Part shown: positions 12,991 through 26,300 of the stretch, piece by piece
How the letters are laid out: every line of letters starts with the position of its first letter
How positions within the stretch are numbered: the first letter of the stretch is position 1
DNA from: Mobula birostris
Taxonomy: Eukaryota
Direction of reading: 5' to 3'
Assembly (NCBI RefSeq): GCF_030028105.1
Contig: NC_092370.1
Span: forward strand, 175,718,647-175,782,646
Length of the DNA stretch: 64,000 nucleotides
Notes under the pieces: generated by a model
The model's database searches: none
What the model saw: the letters and a program-made list of their open reading frames with translations, nothing else
Told to the model about the DNA's origin: nothing
Position numbers and translations under genes: made by a program

Positions 12991-13757
12991 ACCAATACCA
13001 CCACCCCCCCACCCCACCACCCCACCACTAGTTGGAAACAATCTATAATCCCAGTGATGTAATTCACCAGCATATTGGTCCCAACATGGTTCAGCGAGGG
13101 TCCACCTCAACAGAAAAACTCTTTCTTTCCCCAATTCTGGCACCAGTGTCCCATGGATCAGAAGCCATTTCTCCCACACAAAGCTTGAAGCCATACAGTT
13201 AGTTTTCTATTCACCCTTTACCAATGTGCACATGACTCAGCAAATAATGTGCAGTTTACCAGCCTTGTACTTCTACTTTTCAATTCTGCCTCGAGCTCCT
13301 CAAACATTCAGCAGAAAATCCTTCTTCTTCCTAGTCATGTTGCTACTGCCCACATGGACTACAGCAACTAGATCCACCACCTTCCATCCCAAGTTCTTCT
13401 TCATACAGAAGAGATGTCCTTAACAAGGCAGGCAACACAGCCTTTGAGACTCTTATCTTTGCTGCAGATACCAGAGTCCATTTCCCAACCATGTTGGCCC
13501 TTATCAGTCTACATTCAACTGGATCCCTGTGCCATGGTGTTATAGACAGTTTACACATCCTCTCTTCATCCATACAATTTATGTCCCAAGTTACCTGTTT
13601 GTCTCTCCAACTTTAAGGTAATACTTTCAGAAAACTGATTTATCCTTCAGAAATCTTGTAGAAGACTACTTGAGTGACCATGCTTTTACAAAGAATCATT
13701 CAATATTATGAAGTATATTTCCATTTTTTGTCAAAAATAAAACAACATTTTACTTAC

Positions 13758-13802
13758 TGTCTCCTCCTTCCTGATAATGTTCAAATACTGGCAGTACAAC
13801 AC
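13758..13802 (-). CDS. ATP6V1D: ATP6V1D coding exon 5
   Basis: taatag|(G)VVLPVFEHYQEGGD(S)|gtaagt; 45 nt. Confidence 0.95.
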
Positions 13803-14544
13803 CTATTAAGGAAATACATTCAGTAAACGTGGAAACAGTAAAGAAATTTTTTTATTCCTTGATCATGACAAAACAATTTTATAAGGCATACAATTTACTC
13901 ATTGCTCTTTTTCTTATTTTCATATTTATTTACCTGCCTGCATTTTAGAAGTCAAAGCAGGCTTCAACAAATGCCAACTTCTTTCAATAGCTGGGACAGG
14001 TAGGAAAAGGCTGCAATATTTACCTTTTATTTTGTTGGTCTATTCAAGCTACCACACATCATACTTAAAAATATCAGTCCTCATCACAAATCTATTTATC
14101 CAGCATGAAAACTACTCAAGCACACTTACCTTATTGAAAAGGGATGTGAATCAAATCACCAAACTGGGCATGCTGGTTACATCATATCCACAGCACAAGG
14201 CAACTGCATGATTTAATTACTCCTTGGTGGTCTACCTTTGCCATGTGAATCTCAGCTATTTGCACTTCCTTCAATTACACAAAATTCCCAACTGAATTTT
14301 TAATGTCACCTAATTTTAATCTAGACCAGTGAAAACATTTTCTACTTCCTATCATGTTCTTAAAGACTTGTTAGCAAAACATGAATGTAGTGTTCATCAT
14401 GATTGTTACAGTACGGTACCAGTGATCTGCTATCCTTTTATTTGGATACCCCACAGTTAAGAATCTGCCTCATTATGTGATGTTTACTGCACTCTTTCTG
14501 CAGACTTTCTGGTTATGGATTCCCACATTTAATTTAAGCTTACC

Positions 14545-17030
14545 TAGTAGGAGTCATATAGCACAGAAACTGGACCTTTGGCCCAGCTGCTCCATGCTGA
14601 CAAAGATTCCCATCTCAGCTTGTCTCATCTGCCCACATTTAGCCCATATCCCTCTAAACCTTTCCTATCCCTTCTTTCAGCTGTCAAGGTTTTGTACATC
14701 TCCATAACATCAGCCCTCATTCTCCGACCCTCCAAAAAAAAAAAAAAAAAGAAAGTCCCTACCTATCTCTATTACTCAGCCCTCTGGTCCCAGCTACATC
14801 CTCACAAATCTCCTCTGCACTTTTTCCAGCTTAATAGCACATTTCCTATAGCAGGACAACCAAAACTAAACAATATTCCAAAGTAACTTCACCAACTCCT
14901 TCACAACTACAACATAACATCCCAGTTTCTATACTCAGAGCCCTTACTGATGAAAACCAGTGTACTAAAACCTTATTTACCAACCTGAAACATCCATTTT
15001 ACTGCATACCTGGGTCCCTCTGTTTAACAATACTCCCTAACATTCTCTGTGAACATTCTACCTTCATTTGTCAACACCACACCCTTATCGAAATTAAATG
15101 CCACTTAACATTTCTCAGCCCACTTACCCAGGTGATTAAGTTCCCTCTAAATAATGTAAACCATTTCATTGGCAACGACACTACCTCATTTAGTGCCATC
15201 TGCAAACTTACTAAGTGTGCCTTGTACATTCTCATCCAAATCTTTAGTGTAGATTACCTATAATAATGGGCCTAGCACCCTTGGGGAACACCTCTAATTA
15301 TGTGCCTTCTGTCAGAAAAACAACCTTCCACAATCACCCTCTGCTTCCTACCATCACCAATTGTATATCTAATTAGTTACCTCTTTCTGGATTCCATGTG
15401 ATCTAACTTTCCATTGCTCAAGTCCAAATAGACCATGTCTAATGCCCTGCCCTCAACAACCTTGTTGCAACTTTCTTCGTGCAAAGCTGTGCTAACTATT
15501 CCTAATCAATACCTAACTTTCAAAATGCATACAAATCTTATCCCTCAGAATCTCTTCTGGCAACTTGCCTACCACAGGTGTTAGGCTTACTTGCCTATTG
15601 CTCCCTTTACAGCCTTTCTTAAATAAAGACACCACATGAGCCATCTTCAAGTCTTCCGGCATTTCTCCTATTTCAAACAAATAACTCAGCCAGGTGTCCT
15701 GTCATTTTTCTCTAGCTACCCAGTATTCTTGAATATACCTGATTAGGCCCTGGAGATTTATCTACCTTTCCATGTTTTAAGACATCCAGTACCTCGCCCC
15801 CTGAAATGTAGACCATCTCTAAATTGTTCCTATTAAATGTCTTAAGGACCAAGATCCTCAAATTTGTCCCCCACCCACCAGAAGTCTCTGTGCCTGTAAA
15901 CAAGGTATTCTGATTAACTTTTGCAAGTTTCTGTCAAATATATTCAAACAATTTCCTTACCCCAATTTAGAACATTAACTTGTAGACCAGATCTATCTCT
16001 TTCCATGACCAATTAAAAACTAATAGAACTACAATCACTGCCCCTACCCCACTGACACCTCAGTTACTTGTCTTCCCTCATTTTGCAAGAGCAGGTCAAG
16101 CTTTGCCCTTCCCTATTAGGACATTCTACACATTGCCTAAGGAAACTTTCCTGTACACACGTCACAAATTCCACCCCATCTAAGTGCTTAGCACTTATGG
16201 CAGTCCCAATCTGTTAGGAAAGTTAAGATTCCCTACAATGACAACCCTATTTTTCTTGAATTTTCCTGCATTCTCATTGCATATTTGTTTCTCTGACTCC
16301 TATCGACTATTAACAGGTCTATAGTACAATCCCAACAAGATGATCATCGCTTTATTTTTCAACTCCAGCCATAAAGCCTCCCTGGACAATCCCTCTGTAA
16401 TTTTGTGATGGACTACTCCCATGACATCCTCCTTAATCAGAAACGCAACTCTCCTTCTTCCTTCCTCTATTCCTATCCCACTGTACGCTGGAACATTTAG
16501 CTGTCAGTTCTAACCCTCTCTCAGCCATATTCCTATAATATCCTAGCCCATCAGGTCCCCACACTGAAATAAATGCAATTTAACCCAATGGTCTTCACTC
16601 ACTTCCTGCCACTCTGCTGCCTGTCTTATCTACTGACCTCGGTGTCGTGAATTCTGTCTAAACTTCTAGCCTCCTGCTTCTGCTTTGGATCTCACTCGCC
16701 ACCAATCTAGTTTAAACCCTCCATGGTGGCAAATCTGTCCACCAAAATATTAAATCTCCTCTAGTTCAAGTGCAATTTATCTTTCCTGTACAGGTCATCC
16801 CTGTCCCCTGCACCAACCCTTCAGCCACAACTAGCACAGTGAGTAATCAAGTGATTACTATCCTCAATGTCCTGCTTTTTCCACCCTTTTCCAAATTCCT
16901 GCTGCTTACTCCACAGGATCTCAGCCCTTTACCCAGCTATGTTTTGTGCACAATGAGCTCTGACTTCACACCCTCCCCCTTGAGAATATTTTGCAACCAG
17001 TCAGAAACATCCTCGACCTTAGGTCAGCAC
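14545..17030 (-). mobile_element. Old degenerate CR1
   Basis: CR1-type 3' end at ~14550, VDKSPGP motif at 15712-15903, endonuclease and ORF1 debris toward 17.0 kb. Confidence 0.75.
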
Positions 17031-17099
17031 CAACAGAGCAAGCCGGGCCCCAGTGGAGCTCAGATGCCACTCTGTAAACACTTCCATGTCTCTCACCTG

Positions 17100-17745
17100 G
17101 TCTGCAAGGCTTGAGGCCTAGTCCTTGCTACAACCGAGGTTTCACAGCTCCCATGTCATCTGTTCCACCACCAGACAAGGGTAGTAGGCTTGCAGCAACT
17201 TACATTATCACTGTCCAATAGATTCTTGCGATCACAAGTGAAATGTCTGAAAATCTCCCATGGTTACACTGCACCCACTCCGATGCTTCCGAGTAGGGGT
17301 CTGCAGCCAAATTAGCTCCCCTATACCCAAACCAGCTCCTCCGACATCCCAGCAGGTTCCTTTGACACCTCAGCTGGCTCCTTCTCCACCATCCTGGCCT
17401 TAGCCGTCTCTCTCTCCATCAGAGTCAGCCCCTTTGACATCTCACCCGGCTCCACCACCGACCAGATACTCCGATCAACAAGCAGCACACTGACAGAGTA
17501 GCCCCGCAATACCTGATGTTCTTGGAGTATTGTCTTTGGCTCGTTAAAAAAGTTTACAACCGGAAAAAAAAGCACCTTTGGTTGGCCAAGAGAGGCCACT
17601 GATGATGGTATGTGTCACCATCTTACCAGAAGTTTATGTCAAAACCCCAAGTCTGCAAGATGAGAGTTTTACTGTACAATCTCAAACGTGCCCTAAGGGC
17701 CGTTCAGATCATTACATTCATACTAGCTCCAACAGCAGCAATTTG
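17100..17745 (-). mobile_element. Possible decayed pogo/DDE_1-like transposase C-terminus
   Basis: Minus-strand fragments TLILQTWGF, HTIISG, low-complexity EPAEVSKEPAGMS linker and EWVQC...TFHL (PHD-like); heavily frameshifted. Confidence 0.3.
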
Positions 17746-19386
17746 GTTCCTTTCCACCTCATCTTATTTCCCCAATGGTCCTGAAATTTATTTTTCTCAC
17801 ATGCCAGCAACTCCTCCCTTTTTAATTCTTCTGCCACATATCTACACCAAGGGAAATGTTAATAGTAGGCAATATTAACAGCTTTCTTTAGAATGAGATG
17901 GAAACACTCAGAAGAGATCCATGTGTTCACAGGAGGAATTCACACAGTCAGCACCTAACTTCAGATTTAAACCCAGATCTCTGGAGCTGTAAAACTAACT
18001 GTTGTGCACCACACCATTAGCATTTCTATGATTTTGTACATTAGTCGTCAAAGAACACTTTCTTCAATGTCACTGTATCCATTTACAAAAATGGAGACCA
18101 CTGCTCCATTGGTGAGAAGGTTTCAAAAATAAAAGAGAAATTAAAGTAGGGGTTCCAGAATTTCCAAATATAAAAAAACATGCACATGTTTTCATCATAG
18201 TGAGTACACAAGACTGAAAGCAAGTACTCATCTCACGTTTTCATCCCTGCAAAAATCAACCCACTTAAAAAAACCACTAATCCAATTCACGATCAACAGG
18301 ATCCACTGCAATAACTCGAAGCCTACCTGGAAATCCCTCTACCACCTCTCCCTCATATTGTGCAAGGAGCAAAAATAATTACAATTTACACGGTTTACAT
18401 CACTACTTTTTTGGCACATCCTGTTAATTCTCCTCCAAACATCATTATGGTAACACACCTTCAAACAAAATCCCTGCACTTTGCTACCATTATCAAAGTA
18501 ACCATGGATGGTCAGTAAATAAGCTGTCACCAACATCAGGAAACAAAAGTGTGGGGAAAAGAAACTTTTTTCTTCTAGTTTTCAGCAGCTATTATGTGCC
18601 CAGTTACTATCATAAATCAAGGTGGCATGGTATGCTCAGAACAAAATGTCAAATATTCTGAGCAGACTTCAGACAGAGCTTGTCACAATCAAATTATAAT
18701 ACATCAGATCTGACATCATCTAGAATACAAAATCCATATTGCCAGTCTGAAATATTAAATTAGCACATCAGAAAAGTTGACACTATTTGACAAACTTACT
18801 GTGTAGAATTAACAGATTTAATTCTGCACAAGTTTGCCCATTCTTTTAAACCTTATTGAAGCACCAGACTGAGAACTGTTCTCTTCAATAAAATGCAATT
18901 AGTTTATATTTCATTGTGAAAGAAAATGGAAACAAATTAGAACTACCCTATATTAAAAGTTTGTACACTAACTGGACAAGTATTGCATTCCATTCCATCA
19001 CATAAAAAGTTAGTGGTTCAGATGAGCAGAATGAGAATCTCTTACAGAGCACGGATGGAGAAGAAGAAATGGAAGAGCAAATGTAGCAAAATATCTGGAC
19101 CTGGTCTTGAAACAAACAACTGAACAAAGCAAAGAAAGAAGAGCTCCCTTCTCACTAAGGTTGAAGATGACAGCAAAATAGAGACATTGCAGAAAAATTG
19201 CTGACATGACATTTTGTTTCCCTCTAAGTCTGCAGAATATTGTGGGTGCTTCTAAAGCAGCAGAGGTTTACAAAAACAACTAATTTTCATAAAATTACAG
19301 TGACCTGGGTGTAAACCTGATATTGCAAGTATAAAATGCCATATTAGTCAAGACAACCATAATACAATAGTGTCAAGAAAACATAC

Positions 19387-19454
19387 CTGCTACATTATCC
19401 TTTTTGGCCCTGACCTTGACCTGTGCCTTGTTCACATTCTGGATCACAGTAGTA
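19387..19454 (-). CDS. ATP6V1D: ATP6V1D coding exon 4
   Basis: attcag|TTVIQNVNKAQVKVRAKKDNVA(G)|gtatgt; 68 nt. Confidence 0.97.
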
Positions 19455-19749
19455 CTGAATACAAAAGAACCAAGAAATTAATTGTAAAATTAGTCTTATT
19501 ACATCAGACACACAGAAAAAGTTTTGCAAGGATACTAAAATCTGAATCACGGTTGTTCATCATCACTGTTAAATCTAGACACGGAGGTTTTAATTCAATC
19601 AACACTTCCTTCTACAGTTAGCCAATACAAATAACTCAACAATTCATGGTTAGCAATCAACATTAATGGCAAAAATTAGATGCAAAAATATTTGCACAAT
19701 GAGGACTAAACCAGTCATCTGGCAAAATACTTTTTCATTATGGTCTCAC

Positions 19750-19829
19750 CTGAAATCTCCAGCAGTAAATTTTGCTTCAGCTAAGGAAAAAGCTGCCTCC
19801 CTCATTACTTCACCCATCAAGGTCTTGGT
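19750..19829 (-). CDS. ATP6V1D: ATP6V1D coding exon 3
   Basis: ttccag|TKTLMGEVMREAAFSLAEAKFTAGDF(S)|gtgaga; 80 nt. Confidence 0.97.
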
Positions 19830-20085
19830 CTGGAAGAAGAAAAACCACAATTAAACATACGGCACTGCCACCTTAGACTTCATAGCTGTTACTTAAATTT
19901 ACTGTTGCTATTTTGTTTTTAAATGTAGGAAGTGTTTTCAGATTATACAGCCTGTTGCTTAGTTATACATGAAAATGACAATCCAGCCACTTATTGATCA
20001 AAATGTGTATTATACTAATAATTTCACTAAAATAGCAATAAATATGCATTTATTGAAGCTTGTAAAGGTATTTTTTCAGTTTCAC

Positions 20086-20203
20086 CTCTATGATCTTTTT
20101 CAGGATTTGTCTGAAACGGAGTGTAAGTGCATCAGACTTTTTCTTCAGTAAGTTACGACCAGTTTGCGCACCTTTCAACCGGGCTTTCATTATGGTTTGT
20201 GCC
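20086..20203 (-). CDS. ATP6V1D: ATP6V1D coding exon 2
   Basis: ctacag|G GCA CAA... AQTIMKARLKGAQTGRNLLKKKSDALTLRFRQILKKIIE|gtgaaa; 118 nt, phase consistent. Confidence 0.97.
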
Positions 20204-20459
20204 CTGTAGAAACAGGAAAAGGGAATAACGCACAAGTACAATATTGCTATTACTATTTCATTAGAATCCATTGCAAAACTCACACAACAACTTCATAAGG
20301 CTTTTTTTTAAAGTACCACAAAAATCACATTTCCCATTTTCAACCAGAGCACAGATGGCAAGTGCTAAAATCACACTTAATTTAAAATGGTGTTTTTCAG
20401 CCGAGCAAGGCAATGGCTGCTGGAATTAAATCCTGCTAAGCATTTTGGGAATTTTAATT

Positions 20460-20955
20460 AAGGTATTACAAGAATGATGGGCAGTATTGATAAACAAAGG
20501 GAATTTATTCTTTAAACATCTCTAAGATTTACAGCATGGGTAGATAGGGTGGTGATAAAAGCATACAGGATGCTTGCTTTCATTAGCTAGGGCACCAAGT
20601 ATACAAGCGAAGAGACCGTGGAGCAATATTAAAATATTAGTTATGCACAGCTGGAATACTGTGTGCAGTTCCAGGAGCCACGCTATAGGAGGCAGGATTA
20701 CACTGGAGAGGGTGCAGAAGAAAACTGCCAGATTGCCTGGGACAGAATATTACAGTTAGCTTGTTTTCCCTCTGACAGAGGTGGTGGAGGGAGTACATGA
20801 AAAATATATAAAGTTTGAGAAGCACAATTTAGATGATAAGAAAGCTTTCCACAAAGCTGAGACACAAAAGACTAGGTAGTGTAGGACTCCAAAGAGCAGG
20901 CATAACAAGGTACAAAGAACTCTCCTGATACTATTCACAAAGAGTGGCCAGGGAT
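20460..20955 (+). mobile_element. Degenerate CR1 3' fragment
   Basis: ITLERVQKKTARLPG and the GCTGGAATACTGTGTGCAGTTC (LEYCVQF) motif. Confidence 0.7.
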
Positions 20956-21256
20956 TTATTTAATCAAGATTAAACTGTATACACAGAGGAATTGAGAAGT
21001 CAGTTATTCTCTCTGTTAATAATCTGGAATTATCCACATCATCAGTTGTAATGGCCACAAGGCTATCAGTTTGTTGTAAAAGTCTATCTAGTTCACTAAT
21101 GATAAACACAAGCATTTCTGCAGAAATCTGGAAATCTAGAGTACACACACACACAAACTTCCACCCTGCCCTCAAATTCACCTGGTCTATTTCTGACACC
21201 TCCCTTCCCTTTCTCAATCTCACTGTCTCTACCTTCGGAGACAGTTTACCACTGAT

Positions 21257-21650
21257 AAGGTCAGGTTACTCGTCTGAGTGCTACTGGTACTGTGTAACCC
21301 AGTGCTACCTGTCGCATGGTCAGGTGGTCGGCGACTAAACCAGCTCCCCCACCAGGCTTGCCTGGAGAGGAGAGTGGCTAGACACCCTGCAGGACGAAAA
21401 ACAAGACCTGTCAAAGGGTGGATGAACCCTCTCGTAGGGTCAACTGCCATCTAGCAAACATGTGCCGTGAAGCGCGGAAAGGGCATCCCTTGCATCGAAG
21501 CTTGGTCTGGCCATTCACTGCAACAGAACTTCCCCAGCCGTCTTGGACCCCACCATGCCACTGGATCCGGGAGGGGATGTTGAGAGGGTGGGTCTGGACC
21601 TGTGCAACCCCCTACTCACCTAAAATCCATTTACGCACACGCTGTTCCTT
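21257..21650. mobile_element. Unclassified GC-rich insertion inside the Penelope RT
   Basis: Penelope frame (...GDSL-TD | CYKPTDPHSYL) is interrupted here; termini AAGG...CCTT; no obvious TSD. Confidence 0.6.
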
Positions 21651-22377
21651 TCTGCTACAAACCCACAGATCCTCACAGCTACCTAAACAACACCTCATCC
21701 CACCCCCGCTACTTGTAAAAACGCCATCCCCTTTTTTCAATTCCTCCATCTTCGCCACATCCGCTCTCAGTCTAGAACGAAGGAGATGTCCTCCTTTTTC
21801 AAAGAATGGGGCTTCCCTTCCTCCACCATCAACGCTACCCTCAACCGCATCTCTTCTATTTCACACACATCTGCTCTTACCTCATCCTTCTGCCAGGGAC
21901 AGGGTTCCTCTTGTCCTCACCTACCACCCCACCAGCCTCCGCATCCAGCACATAATTCACCAGAACTTGCACTACCTCCAATGGGATCCCATCACCAAGC
22001 ACATCTTTCTTTCCACCTCCCAACCCCACTTTCTGCTTTCCGCAGGGATCGCTTCCTACGCGACTCAGTTGTCCATTCATTCCTCCACACTGATCTCCCT
22101 CCAGGCACTTATCCTTGCAAGTGGAACAAGTGCTACACCTCTTCCCTCACTACCAGTCAGGACCCTAAACAGTCCTTCCAAGTGAGATGACACTTCACTC
22201 TCGAGTCTGTGGGTCATATACTGTATTCAGTGCTCCCAATGTGGCCTCCTGTACATTGGGGAGACCCAACGCAGATAGGGAGACTGCTTCACCGAGCACC
22301 TACACTCCATCCGCCAGAACAATTGGGATCTCCCAGTGGCCACCCATTATAATTCCACTTCCCATTCTAATATGTCC

Positions 22378-22569
22378 CACTTGGTGGCGCGATAATATCA
22401 GCGCCAGACTCCGGAGCGAAGGTTCCTGTATTCGAACCCAAGTCGGGTTGAGCGTCGAGCTAGCAACTCAGCCTCGTAAAAATAAGAATAGCTTGCTATG
22501 GAAACACCGTCATAACAGTGCCCCGATAACTCCACTGCCAAGTTAAGGGCTATTCTTCTTCTTTTTCTT
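22378..22569 (+). mobile_element. tRNA-derived SINE with 16-bp TSD
   Basis: A-box-like TGGCGCGATAAT, B-box-like ATTCGAACCC, (TTC)n tail; TSD CCATTCTAATATGTCC at 22362-22377 and 22570-22585. Confidence 0.88.
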
Positions 22570-23123
22570 CCATTCTAATATGTCCATCCATAGCCTCCTC
22601 CACTGTCATAATGAGGCCACACTTAGGTTGGAGGAACACCACCTTATATTCTATTTGGGTAGCCTCTAGCCTGATGGCATGAACATCGATTTCTCAAAAT
22701 TCCAGTAATGCCCCCCAACCACACCTTCCTTCTCCATTCCTCATCCTCTTTTCCCTCTCTCACCTTATCTCCTTGCCCATCCATTGCCTCCCTCTGGTGC
22801 TCCTCCCCTCGTTTGCTTTCTTCCATGGCCTTCTGTCTCTTCCACGGCCTTCTGTCTCTTCCACCAATCTACTTCCCAGCTCTTTACTTCATCCCTCCCG
22901 CTCCAGGTTTCACCCATCACCTGGTGGTTCTCTCTCCCCTCCCCCACCTTTTAAATCTTCTCCTCAGCCGTTTTTCTTCAGTCCTGCCAAAGGGTTTCGG
23001 CCCAAAAAGTCAAATGTACTTTTTTTCCATAGATGCTGCCTGGCCTGCCGAGTTCCTCCTGTAACGTGTGTGTGTCGCTTGGATTTCCAGCATCTGCAGA
23101 TTTTCTCATTTGCGATTCAGATA

Positions 23124-23368
23124 ACACACACATAAAATGCTGGAGGAATTCAACAGGTCAGGCAACATCTATGGACAGGAATAAAGAGTTATTACTTTGG
23201 GCTGAGACCCTTCATCAGGACGAGAAAGGAAGATGGGGGGAGGAGAGAATCTTCCTCCCCCTTCCTTTCCAGTCCTATTGAAGCATCTCAGCCCAAAACA
23301 CGACTCCTTATTCCTCTCCATCGATGCTGCCCGACCTGCCAAATTCCTCCAGCATTTTGTGTGTGTTA
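23124..23368. repeat. Foldback (inverted-repeat) element made of two Penelope terminal repeats
   Basis: ACACACACATAAAATGCTGGAGGAATT... mirrored by ...AATTCCTCCAGCATTTTGTGTGTGT. Confidence 0.85.
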
Positions 23369-23399
23369 CTCTGGTTTGCAAATGGACTTCAGCAGAGGA

Positions 23400-26300
23400 A
23401 ACCTGCCACTTCACTCCAAGTGCAACTTCAGACCTGCATGATTGACTCTTAGATGATCACGTTAGGAAACTGGAGCTGCAGCTCGATGACCTTTGTCTGG
23501 TCAGGGAGAGTGAGGAGGTGATAGAGAGGAGCTATAGGCAGGTAGTCACTCCGGGGCCTTGGGAGACAGATAAGTGGGTAACAGTCAGGAGAGGGAAGGG
23601 CAAGAAGCAGATGCTAGAGAGTATTTTATACTTTATTGTCACCAAACAATTGATACTAGAATGTACAATCATCACAGTGATATTTGATTCTGCGCTTCGC
23701 GCTCCCAGTGCCCCAGTGGCTGTCTCCCTTAACAATAAGTACTCCTGTCTGAGTACTGTTGGGGGGGACAGCCTATCTGGGGGAAACAACAGTAGCCACG
23801 CCTCTGACACAGACTCTGGCCCTGTGGCTCAGAAGGGTAGGGAAAGGAAGAGGAAGGCATCTGTGATAGGGGACTCTATAGTTAGGGGGTCAGACAGGGA
23901 TTCTGTGGATGCAGGAAAGAAATGCAGATGGTAGTTTGCCTCCCAGGTGCCAGGGTCCGGGATGTTTCTGATATCTTGAAGTGGGAAGGAGAACAGCCAG
24001 AGGTCATGGTACATATTGGTACCAACGACATAGGCAGGAAAAAGGAGGAGTACCTGAAAACAGACTACAGGGAGTTAGGAAGGAAGTTAAGAAGCAGGAC
24101 CTCAAAGGTAGTCATCCTGGGATTACCGCCTGTGCCACGTGACAGTGAGTATAGGAATAGAGTGAGGTGGAAAATAAATGCCTGGCTGAGGGATTGGAGC
24201 AGGGGGCAGGGATTCAGATTTCTGGATCATTGGGACCACTTCTGGAGCAGGTGTGACCTGTACAAAAAAGACGGGTTGCACTTGAATCCCAGGGGACCAA
24301 TATCCTCAAGGTTTGCTAAGGCTATTGAGGAGAGTTTAAACTAGAATTGCTGGGGGGGCGGGGTGGGAACTGAAGTGACAGAGGAAAGGGAGGTTGGCTC
24401 ACAAATAGAGATAGCTTGGAGCCAGTGCAAAAGGGAGGATAGGCAGGTGATAGAGAAGGGACGTGCTCAGACCAATGGTTTTAATGCAAGGAGTATTATG
24501 AATAATACTCATAAAGCAGATGAGCTTAGAGTGTGGATCAGCACTTGGAGCTATGATGTTGTGGCCATTACTGAGACTTGGATGGTGCAGGGACAGGAAT
24601 GGCTACTTCAAGTGCCAGGCTTTAGATGTTCCAGGAAGGGAGGCAAAAGAGGTGGGGGCATGGCACTGTTTATCAGAGATAGTGTCACAGCTGCAGAAAA
24701 GGAGGAAGACATGGAGGGATTGTCTATGGAGTCTCTGTGGGTGGAAGTTAGGAATAGGAAGGGGGTCAATAACTCTACTGGGTGTTTTTCTTTTAATAGA
24801 CCACCCAATAGTAACAGGGACATCGAGGAGCAGAGAGGGAGACAGATTCTGGAAAGGAGTAACAATAATAGGGTTGTTGTGGTGGGAGATTTTAATTTCC
24901 CAAATGTTGATTGTCATCTCCCTAGAGTGAGGGGTTTAGATGGGCTGAAGTTTGTTTGGTCTGCTTAGGAAGGTTTCTTGACACAATATCTCAATAAACC
25001 TACCAGAGGAGAGACTGTACTTGATCTGGTATTGGGAAATGAACCTGGTCAGGTGTCAGGTCTCTCAGTGGGAGAGCATTTTGGAGATAGTGATCACAAT
25101 TCTATCTCCTTTACCATAGCTTTGGAGAGGGAAAGGAACAGACAAGTTAGGGAAACGTTTAATTGGAAATATGAGGCTATCAGGCAGGAAATTAGAAGCA
25201 TAAATTGGAAACAGATGTTCTCAGGGAAACGTACAGAAGAAGTGTGACAAATGTTCAGGGGATATTTGTGTGGGGTTCTGCATAGGTACGTTCCAACGAG
25301 ACAGGGAAAGGATGGTAGGGTACAGGAATCGTGGCGTACAAAGGCTGTTGTAAATCTAGTCAAGGAGAAAAGAAGAGCTTATGAAAGGTTAAAAAAAACA
25401 CTAGATAATGATAGAGATCTAGAAGGCTATAAGGCCAGCAGGAAGGAGCTTAAGAGTGAAATTAGGAGAGCCAGAAAGGGTCATGAGAAGGCCTTGGCAG
25501 ACAGGATTAAGGAAAACCCCAAGGCATTCTACAAGTATGTAAAGAGCAACAGGATAAGACACAAGAGAATAGAACCAATCAAGTGTGACAGTGGAAAAGT
25601 GTGTACGGAACCAGAGGAGATAGGAGAGGTACTTAATGAATACCTTGCTTCAGTATTCACTACGGGAAACGATCTTGGCGATCGTAGGGATGTCTTGCAG
25701 CGGACTGAAAAGCTTGAGCACGTAGATATTAAGAAAGAGGATGTGCTGGAGCTATTGGAAAGCATCAAGTTGGATAAGTCACCGGGACCGGACAGGATGT
25801 ATCCCAGGCTACCATGGGAAGCAAGGGAGGAGATTGCTGAGCCTCTGGTGATGATCTTTGCATCATCAATGAGGACGGGAGAGGTTCTGGAAGATTGGAG
25901 GGTTGCGGATACTGTTCCCTTATTCAAGAAAGGGAGTAGGGATAGCCCAGGAAATTATAGCCCAGTGAGTCTTACTTCAGTGGGTGGCAAGTTGATGGAG
26001 AAGATCCTGAGAGGCAGGATTTATGAACATTTGGAGAGGCATAATATGATCAGGAATAGTCAGCATGGCTTTGTCAAAAGCAGGTTGTGCTTTACGAGCC
26101 TGATTGAAGTTTTTGAGGATGTGACTAAACACATTGATGAAGGTAGAGTTATAAATGTAGTGTACATGGATTTTAGCAAGTTATTAGATAAGATACCCCA
26201 TGCAAGATTTATTGAGAAGGTAAGGAGGCATGGAATCCAAGGGGACACTGCTTTGTGGACCCAGAAATGGCTTGTCCACAGAAGGCAAAGAGTGGTTGTA

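Larger units (their letters stand above)
21105..23112 (+). mobile_element. Penelope-like retroelement remnant (RT C-terminus + GIY-YIG endonuclease + terminal repeat)
   Basis: NFHPALKFTWSISDTSLPFL; RVPLVLTYHP; VIYCIQCSQCGLLYIGET (GIY-YIG); terminal repeat with degenerate hammerhead at ~22980; split by two inserts. Confidence 0.88.

Noticed and set aside
21418-22185. 255-aa ORF
   Set aside because: Chimeric read-through of an insert and frameshifted Penelope sequence, not a gene.
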